Assembly (NCBI GenBank): GCA_031556925.1 | Contig: JAVBSF010000184.1 | Location: forward strand, 1 to 54,987 | Direction: 5' to 3' | Source of the DNA: Pararhizobium sp. | Lineage (GTDB): Bacteria > Pseudomonadota > Alphaproteobacteria > Rhizobiales > Rhizobiaceae | DNA length: 54,987 nt | Part shown: piece after piece, positions 48,659 to 54,987 of the stretch | Position numbering within the stretch: position 1 is the first letter of the stretch | Layout of the letters: every line of letters begins with the position of its first letter | Made by a program: the position numbers and the translations under genes | The notes under the pieces: model-generated | Database searches by the model: none | Told to the model about the DNA's origin: nothing | Seen by the model: the letters and a program-made list of their open reading frames with translations, nothing else

Positions 48659-50206
48659 TCAATGGGCGATACCGGCAATCGCCTCGGCAAAATCCCTGGC
48701 TTCGAACGGTTCGAGATCGTCGACGCCTTCGCCGACGCCGATGAAATAGACCGGCAGCTTGTGCTTGGCGGAGATGGCAACGAGGATGCCGCCGCGCGCC
48801 GTGCCGTCGAGCTTGGTCATGATCAGGCCGTTGACGCCGGCGACATTGCGGAAGATCTCGACCTGATTGAGCGCATTCTGCCCGGTCGTCGCGTCCAGCG
48901 TCTGCAAGACCGTATGGGGCGCATCGGGATCGAGCTTGCCGAGCACGCGGACAATCTTTTCAAGCTCAGCCATCAGCTCCGTGCGGTTCTGGAGGCGGCC
49001 GGCCGTATCGATGATCAGCACGTCGCTCTTCTTCAGCCGCGCCTGTTCGAAGGCTTCATAGGCAAGACCGGCCGCATCGGCGCCGAGTTTCGAGGACACG
49101 ATGTCGGAGTTTGTCCGTTCCGCCCAGATTTTCAGCTGCTCGATCGCGGCTGCGCGAAACGTGTCGCCGGCGGCGAGCATGACCTTGAGGCCGGCGCCGG
49201 ACAGTTTGGCGGCCAGCTTGCCGATGGTCGTCGTCTTGCCGGTGCCGTTGACCCCGACGACGAGGATGACATGCGGCTTGTGCGAAAGATCGAGCTGCAG
49301 CGGTTTTGCGACCGGTGACAGGACCTTGGTGATCTCGGCGGCCATGATGCGCGACACGTCTTCTCCGGTCACATCCTTGCCGTAGCGCTCGGAGGCCAGC
49401 GTATCGGTGACTCGCAGGGCCGTCTCGACGCCGAGATCGGCCTGGATCAAGAGGTCTTCCAACTCCTGCAGCGTGTCGTCGTCCAGCTTGCGCTTGGTGA
49501 AGAGCGCGGAAATCTGGCCGGTAAGCTGTGACGAGGTGCGCGCGAGGCCCTGGCGCAGACGCTGGAACCAGGTGAGCTTCGGCTTGGACGCTTCCGCAAC
49601 GGGTTCGACGACGGTCGGGCCTGCGGCAAAACCCTTGGGCAGAACGGGAGCTGCAGCGAGCTCAACAGGTGCGACATCCTCTGCTTGTTCTTTCGAAGGA
49701 GCGGTGACGGAGAATGTTGCCGCTTCCTCGGAAACCTCCGCTGGGGAAGTCTCATCCAGATTTTCAGACGCTGCAGAGAGTTCTTCGCTGGTTTCCGCTT
49801 TGTCGAGCGTCTCTTCTTCAAGGGAGGAACCCGCAGGAGCAGCTTCTTCTGCCTTCGCCTCGACCTCTGCCTCCGCTTCCAGCAACGAAAGCGGCGTTAC
49901 CCCAAGATCACCGATCTGTTCGGCAGCAGGCATCGGCAAGGCGGCTTCGATTTCGTCGGCGAGGATTTCGGCTTCAACCGCGATGATATCGTCGGCAGGA
50001 CCGCCAGCGGTCTCGATTTCCTCGGCCAGCACCGGATCGGCGGCAAGCGGAAGGTCTTCCTCGCGCGAACGTGGCTCCAACTCGGCTTCGACGGCGCTGC
50101 GCTCTTCCTGCGACAGCTGTGCGGGTTGATCCGCGACCGGCGGTTCGCCCTCGGCCGGTTTGTCCTTGCCGAAGGTGAAGACCCTTTTGATGAAGCTCAG
50201 CGCCAT
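48659..50206 (-). CDS. ftsY: Signal recognition particle receptor FtsY
   Basis: Acidic N-terminal region, then GVNGTGKTTT, DTFRAAA, DTAGRLQN, TKLDGTARGG. Confidence 0.97.
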   Translation of the reverse strand: MALSFIKRVFTFGKDKPAEGEPPVADQPAQLSQEERSAVEAELEPRSREEDLPLAADPVLAEEIETAGGPADDIIAVEAEILADEIEAALPMPAAEQIGDLGVTPLSLLEAEAEVEAKAEEAAPAGSSLEEETLDKAETSEELSAASENLDETSPAEVSEEAATFSVTAPSKEQAEDVAPVELAAAPVLPKGFAAGPTVVEPVAEASKPKLTWFQRLRQGLARTSSQLTGQISALFTKRKLDDDTLQELEDLLIQADLGVETALRVTDTLASERYGKDVTGEDVSRIMAAEITKVLSPVAKPLQLDLSHKPHVILVVGVNGTGKTTTIGKLAAKLSGAGLKVMLAAGDTFRAAAIEQLKIWAERTNSDIVSSKLGADAAGLAYEAFEQARLKKSDVLIIDTAGRLQNRTELMAELEKIVRVLGKLDPDAPHTVLQTLDATTGQNALNQVEIFRNVAGVNGLIMTKLDGTARGGILVAISAKHKLPVYFIGVGEGVDDLEPFEARDFAEAIAGIAH

Positions 50207-50222
50207 TGTCTGTCCGTCTCGG

Positions 50223-51497
50223 TCAGGCCGCGTCGGCGGCCGTCAATTGCATTTCGAGATGCTTGCCGTTGTGGCCGGTGATCCGGGCCGACACCATCTC
50301 GCGGGGCGCAAGGCCGGGGGTCGCGACAAGGGTGAAGTTTTCCGTATGCGCCAGCCCGTTATTCTCGATGAGCAGCCATTGCTGGGTTCCCACCATGCTG
50401 TCAAGATGGGCTTCGCCGAGGCGAAGTCCAGTGGCGCGCAGCCTTGCCGCCCGCTCCTTGATGATGACGCGGTCCAGCTGCGGCATGCGTGCTGCCGGTG
50501 TGCCCGGTCGCGGGCTATAAGGGAAGACATGCAGATGGGCGATACCGGCCTCTTCCGCGAGGCTTGCGGCATTGGCAAACATCTCCTCGGTCTCCGTCGG
50601 GAAACCGGCGATCATATCGGCGCCAAAGCTCGTTTCCGGGCGAAGACGGCGGACATCCTCGACGAACTTTAATGCATCGGCGCGCGAATGCCGGCGCTTC
50701 ATCCGTTTCAGAATCATGTCGTCGCCATGCTGCAGCGAGAGATGCAGATGCGGCATGAAGCGCGGCTCGTCGGCGATCAGGTCCATCAGATGCTGGTCGG
50801 CCTCGATGCTGTCGATGGAGGAGAGGCGCAGGCGGCGAATATCCGGCACCTGTTTCAACAGCGTCTTGGCCAACAAACCGAGCGTCGGCTGCCCCGGTAG
50901 ATCAGCGCCGTAACTCGTCGCATCCACGCCGGTCAGAACGATCTCGGAATAGCCGCTGTCGATCAGCTTTCGCGCCTGATCCACCACCGCGCCCATCGGC
51001 ACCGAGCGGGAATTGCCACGGCCATAGGGGATGATGCAGAATGTGCAGCGATGATCGCAGCCATTCTGCACCTGCACGAAGGCGCGTACATGGCCCTCGA
51101 TCAGCTTCACCATCTGCGGCGCGGTTTCGCGCACGCTCATGATGTCATTGACCCGGAGCTTCTCTTCTGCCGAAACACCGAAATCCGGCAGCGCCCGATA
51201 GGAGGCGCGCTTCAGTTTCTCCTCGTTGCCGAGAACGGCATCGACCTCCGGCATGGCGGCGAAGGTATCTTTCTCCGTCTGCGCAGCGCAGCCGGTGACG
51301 ATGATGCGGGCGTGGGGATTTTCGCGCCGGGCACGGCGGATGGCCTGTCGCGCCTGCCGCACGGCCTCGCCGGTGACAGCGCAGGTGTTGACGAGAATGG
51401 CATTGTTCAGCCCCGCCTTCTCGGCCTCGTTGCGCATGACTTCGGATTCGTAGGTGTTGAGGCGACAGCCGAAGGTTATGACGTCGACGCCACTCAC
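50223..51497 (-). CDS. mtaB: tRNA t6A37 methylthiotransferase MtaB
   Basis: GTG start overlapping the dapF stop; [23 protein letters not shown], radical-SAM [19 protein letters not shown]. Confidence 0.92.
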   Translation of the reverse strand: MSGVDVITFGCRLNTYESEVMRNEAEKAGLNNAILVNTCAVTGEAVRQARQAIRRARRENPHARIIVTGCAAQTEKDTFAAMPEVDAVLGNEEKLKRASYRALPDFGVSAEEKLRVNDIMSVRETAPQMVKLIEGHVRAFVQVQNGCDHRCTFCIIPYGRGNSRSVPMGAVVDQARKLIDSGYSEIVLTGVDATSYGADLPGQPTLGLLAKTLLKQVPDIRRLRLSSIDSIEADQHLMDLIADEPRFMPHLHLSLQHGDDMILKRMKRRHSRADALKFVEDVRRLRPETSFGADMIAGFPTETEEMFANAASLAEEAGIAHLHVFPYSPRPGTPAARMPQLDRVIIKERAARLRATGLRLGEAHLDSMVGTQQWLLIENNGLAHTENFTLVATPGLAPREMVSARITGHNGKHLEMQLTAADAA

Positions 51498-52399
51498 TGC
51501 GCCTTTGCCTCGGCCGCTTCCTCGCGGCTGAACGCGCCGGTTACCGGATCGACCGTACCCGACCATTCCCATTCGGCCGGGCCGGTCATGATCACATGAT
51601 CATCACGCTCGCGCCATTCGATGGAGAGAATACCGGGCGGGGTGGCGCTGGCGACGCGGATCTCGACCTTGCGGCCGGTGCGTCCCGTCCGGGCGGCGCT
51701 GACGGCAGCGGAGCAGGCGGCGGAACCGCAGGCAAGCGTCAGGCCTGCGCCGCGCTCCCAGGTGCGGGTGGTCATCGAGGTGGGGGACGTGACCTGCGCC
51801 AGCGTGATATTGGCGCGCTCGGGAAACATCGGATGGTTTTCGAGCAGCGGGCCAAAGCGTTCGAGATCGAACGACATGACGTCACGATCGACCCAGAAGA
51901 TCGCATGCGGATTGCCCATGGACATAACGGAAGGCGAATGCAGCACCGGCGCGTCGATCGGCCCGATCTGCAGTTCGATGCGGCTGGTGTCGTGGAATTC
52001 TTCGGAAAGCGGGATGCGGTTCCACTCAAAGACGGGCGTGCCCATGTCGACGGAGATGGTACCGTCCTCGTGCTCGACGGCGTTCAGGATGCCGGCGATG
52101 GTCTGGAAGGTGAAGACCTTGCGGCCGGTCTCGGCGGCCAGCGCCTGCACGACGCAACGCGTGCCGTTGCCGCAGGCCTGCGCCTTGCTGCCGTCGGAAT
52201 TCAGGATGTCGATGAAGGCATCGGTGCCGTCAGCCTTTGGATCATGGATCGCCATGATCTGGTCGAAGCGGGTTTGAGGATCGGCATTAAGCGCAATCGC
52301 GGCCTGCGGTGTTACGCGGTCGCGGCGGCCGCGCATATCGACGACCAGGATCTTGTTGCCAAGCCCGTTCATCTTCGCGAATTCGACCACATCCGTCAT
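51494..52399 (-). CDS. dapF: Diaminopimelate epimerase
   Basis: [42 protein letters not shown]. Start at ATG 52399 or 52405. Confidence 0.96.
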   Translation of the reverse strand: MTDVVEFAKMNGLGNKILVVDMRGRRDRVTPQAAIALNADPQTRFDQIMAIHDPKADGTDAFIDILNSDGSKAQACGNGTRCVVQALAAETGRKVFTFQTIAGILNAVEHEDGTISVDMGTPVFEWNRIPLSEEFHDTSRIELQIGPIDAPVLHSPSVMSMGNPHAIFWVDRDVMSFDLERFGPLLENHPMFPERANITLAQVTSPTSMTTRTWERGAGLTLACGSAACSAAVSAARTGRTGRKVEIRVASATPPGILSIEWRERDDHVIMTGPAEWEWSGTVDPVTGAFSREEAAEAKAQ

Positions 52400-52577
52400 T
52401 GCCATCGTTCCATGTGTTCTCTTGCGGTCTATATGGCGGAAATGCGCTGGAATTACCAGTGTTGCCGTATGATGCCGGATTCGCGGGCAACAAGCCTTGC
52501 GCGTCCCGGCAATCTCGCTAAAAGTGCCGCTGATCTTTTCCAGGCCCCGCGCCTTCACGACCAGACGGACATTGACC

Positions 52578-53801
52578 ATGGCATCGCACAAGCAAGTGAA
52601 AAAGGTCGTTCTCGCCTATTCCGGCGGGCTCGACACCTCGATCATCCTGAAATGGCTGCAGACGGAACTCGGCGCTGAAGTCGTTACCTTCACCGCCGAT
52701 CTCGGTCAGGGCGAGGAGCTTGAGCCGGCGCGCAAGAAGGCCGAGATGCTCGGCATCAAGGAAATCTACATCAAGGACGTGCGCGAAGAATTCGTCAAAG
52801 ACTTCGTCTTCCCGATGTTCCGCGCCAATGCCGTCTATGAAGGCGTCTACCTGCTCGGCACCTCGATCGCCCGTCCGCTGATCTCCAAGCACCTGATCGA
52901 GATCGCCCGCGAAACCGGCGCCGACGCCATCGCCCACGGTGCGACCGGCAAGGGTAACGACCAGGTTCGCTTCGAGCTTTCGGCCTACGCCCTGAACCCG
53001 GACATCAAGATCATCGCCCCCTGGCGCGACTGGTCGTTCAAGAGCCGCACCGATCTGCTCGCCTTTGCCGAACAGCACCAGATCCCGGTCGCCAAGGACA
53101 AGAAGGGCGAAGCTCCCTTCTCCGTCGACGCAAACCTCCTGCACTCGTCTTCCGAAGGCAAGGTTCTGGAAGATCCGGCGGTGGAAGCTCCTGAATACGT
53201 GCATATGCGCACGATTTCGCCGGAAGCCGCTCCCGATCAGGCAACGATCATCAAGATCGGCTTCGAGCAGGGTGATGCCGTCTCGATCAACGGCGTGCGC
53301 CTTTCGCCGGCAACGCTGCTCGCCAAGCTCAACGATTATGGCCGCGACAACGGCATTGGCCGCCTCGACCTCGTGGAAAACCGCTTCGTCGGCATGAAGT
53401 CGCGCGGCGTCTACGAGACCCCCGGCGGCACGATCCTGCTGGCCGCCCACCGCGCCATCGAATCCATCACGCTCGACCGCGGCGCAGCCCACCTCAAGGA
53501 CGAGCTGATGCCGCGCTACGCCGAGCTGATCTATTACGGCTTCTGGTTCTCGCCGGAGCGCCAGATGCTGCAGGCGGCGATCGACTACAGTCAGAAGGAC
53601 GTCGAAGGCGAAGTGACGCTGAAGCTCTACAAGGGCAATGTCATGACCATCGGCCGCGAGAGCGCCAAGTCGCTCTATTCCGACAAGCTGGTCACCTTCG
53701 AAGACGATCAGGGCGCCTACGACCAGAAGGACGCCGCCGGCTTCATCAAGCTCAACGCGCTGCGCCTGCGCACGCTGGCTGCCCGCAATCGCGACAAGTA
53801 A
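52578..53801 (+). CDS. argG: Argininosuccinate synthase
   Basis: [42 protein letters not shown]. Confidence 0.98.
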   Translation: MASHKQVKKVVLAYSGGLDTSIILKWLQTELGAEVVTFTADLGQGEELEPARKKAEMLGIKEIYIKDVREEFVKDFVFPMFRANAVYEGVYLLGTSIARPLISKHLIEIARETGADAIAHGATGKGNDQVRFELSAYALNPDIKIIAPWRDWSFKSRTDLLAFAEQHQIPVAKDKKGEAPFSVDANLLHSSSEGKVLEDPAVEAPEYVHMRTISPEAAPDQATIIKIGFEQGDAVSINGVRLSPATLLAKLNDYGRDNGIGRLDLVENRFVGMKSRGVYETPGGTILLAAHRAIESITLDRGAAHLKDELMPRYAELIYYGFWFSPERQMLQAAIDYSQKDVEGEVTLKLYKGNVMTIGRESAKSLYSDKLVTFEDDQGAYDQKDAAGFIKLNALRLRTLAARNRDK

Positions 53802-53823
53802 GCCGCTTACAGTTGAACTTCAG

Positions 53824-53860
53824 AGCCTGCCCTTGGAAACGAGGGCGGGCTTTTTTCTTT
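53824..53860 (+). terminator. Rho-independent terminator of argG
   Basis: agcctgccctt-ggaaac-gagggcgggct followed by tttttcttt. Confidence 0.85.
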
Positions 53861-53985
53861 TCTGCGAACAATGGGATAGCGGTGCAGGAGGCGCGCGACC
53901 CCGCTTCATGCTATGTTACTCTCCGGCGCCTTGTTGCGGTCTGCCGGCGCTTTGGTGTCATCACAACCGGCAGCGGGAGGAGAAA

Positions 53986-54561
53986 ATGGCAGCCACCGTT
54001 TCTTTGCATCCATTGCTTGACAAGGGCATACCCAAGGGTCGCGCCGGCTTTTCCGGCAGCACGCTCGTCTGCGCCTGCGCCGACAAGCCGGTGAAGGTCA
54101 AGGTCGAGGGAGACGTTGCCCATAACCACGCCTGCGGCTGTACAAAATGCTGGAAACCGGCAGGCGCGACGTTTTCGGTCGTTGCCGTCGTCGGACATGA
54201 CAAGATCACCGTGCTGGAGAATGGTGACAAGCTCGAGGTCATCGACAAGTCTGCCCTGATCCAGCGCCACGCCTGCAAGGACTGCGGTGTACACATGTAT
54301 GGGCCGGTGGAACGCGAGCACCCGTTTCAGGGCCTTGACTTCATCCATCCCGAGCGCTTTCAGGACGATGGCTGGGCACCGCCCGGATTTGCGGCCTTCG
54401 TCTCATCCATCATCGAATCCGGCACCAATCCCGACGACATGGGCGCCATACGCGGGCGCCTGACTGAACTGGGGCTGACACCATCGGACTGCCTGAACAA
54501 CACCCTGATGGACTATATCGCCACCTGGACGGCGAAGAAGAGCGGCGTGCTGAAATCCTGA
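53986..54561 (+). CDS. gfa: Glutathione-dependent formaldehyde-activating enzyme (S-hydroxymethylglutathione synthase)
   Basis: ATG 53986 after GGAGG; [41 protein letters not shown]. Confidence 0.92.
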   Translation: MAATVSLHPLLDKGIPKGRAGFSGSTLVCACADKPVKVKVEGDVAHNHACGCTKCWKPAGATFSVVAVVGHDKITVLENGDKLEVIDKSALIQRHACKDCGVHMYGPVEREHPFQGLDFIHPERFQDDGWAPPGFAAFVSSIIESGTNPDDMGAIRGRLTELGLTPSDCLNNTLMDYIATWTAKKSGVLKS

Positions 54562-54591
54562 GGCGCGCGCCATCCGATCGCTTGCGAGTAC

Positions 54592-54696
54592 GCCCCTCAT
54601 CCGGCCTGTCGGCCACCTTCTCCCCGCGCGCCGGGAGAAGGGACAAGCGGCACGATCGAAGTTCCCCCTCGCCCCGCGCGCGGGGAGAGGGGCAGG
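54592..54696. repeat. RIME/REP-like intergenic palindromic mosaic element
   Basis: gcccctcatccggcctgtcggccaccttctccccgcgcgccgggagaaggg, then ccccctcgccccgcgcgcggggagagggg: the typical CCTTCTCCCCG...CGGGGAGAAGG rhizobial repeat, between convergent genes. Confidence 0.78.
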
Positions 54697-54763
54697 TCCG
54701 AAACGCAAAGGGCGCAGCGATGGGTATCGCTGCGCCTTGTTTTCATTCGCTGAAATCGCCCGC

Positions 54764-54987
54764 TTATGCAGCGCCGCGCGACTTTTCGAAACGCTTGCGG
54801 TCGTTCGAGTCGAGGTAGAGTTTGCGCAGGCGGATGTTCTTCGGCGTGACTTCGACCAGTTCGTCGGCCTGGATCCAGGACAGCGCACGGTCGAGCGTCA
54901 TGCGGATCGGCGGGGTCAGCTTGACGGCTTCGTCCTTACCGGAAGCGCGCATATTGGTGAGCTTCTTGCCCTTCAGCACGTTCACTT
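54764..54987 (-). CDS. typA: Translational GTPase TypA/BipA, C-terminal end (runs off the right edge)
   Basis: [25 protein letters not shown]...[15 protein letters not shown] is the conserved BipA C-terminus. Confidence 0.95.
   Translation of the reverse strand, partial: VNVLKGKKLTNMRASGKDEAVKLTPPIRMTLDRALSWIQADELVEVTPKNIRLRKLYLDSNDRKRFEKSRGAA

Overview
A GC-rich chromosomal segment from a Rhizobiaceae-type alphaproteobacterium (Rhizobium/Agrobacterium/Sinorhizobium group, inferred from protein families and gene order). It is mostly core genome. In order: a cytochrome P450 coupled to a partial LpxL/HtrB-like acyltransferase missing from the ORF track; a LysR-linked lower lysine catabolism cassette (hglS, FAD dehydrogenase, amaB-like, aatB); the cyclic beta-1,2-glucan locus (ndvB, opgC, ndvA) followed by expR and pyc; ccmABCDG; acnA; phbAB-phaR; rpmF; gst; mtgA; ispA (interrupted by an in-frame TAG); lysE; ispG; a DeoR-VOC-MFS operon; a polar amino-acid ABC transporter; dapF-mtaB-ftsY-ispZ; argG; a lone gfa; and the 3' end of typA. 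I saw no rRNA, tRNA, CRISPR array, prophage or transposase. Two short rhizobial palindromic repeat elements and one strongly structured intergenic sRNA candidate are present. The best leads are the P450-acyltransferase operon, the ispA amber codon, the sRNA candidate and candidate PhaR boxes upstream of phaR, pyc and expR. All family assignments come from motif recognition by eye; no database search was run.
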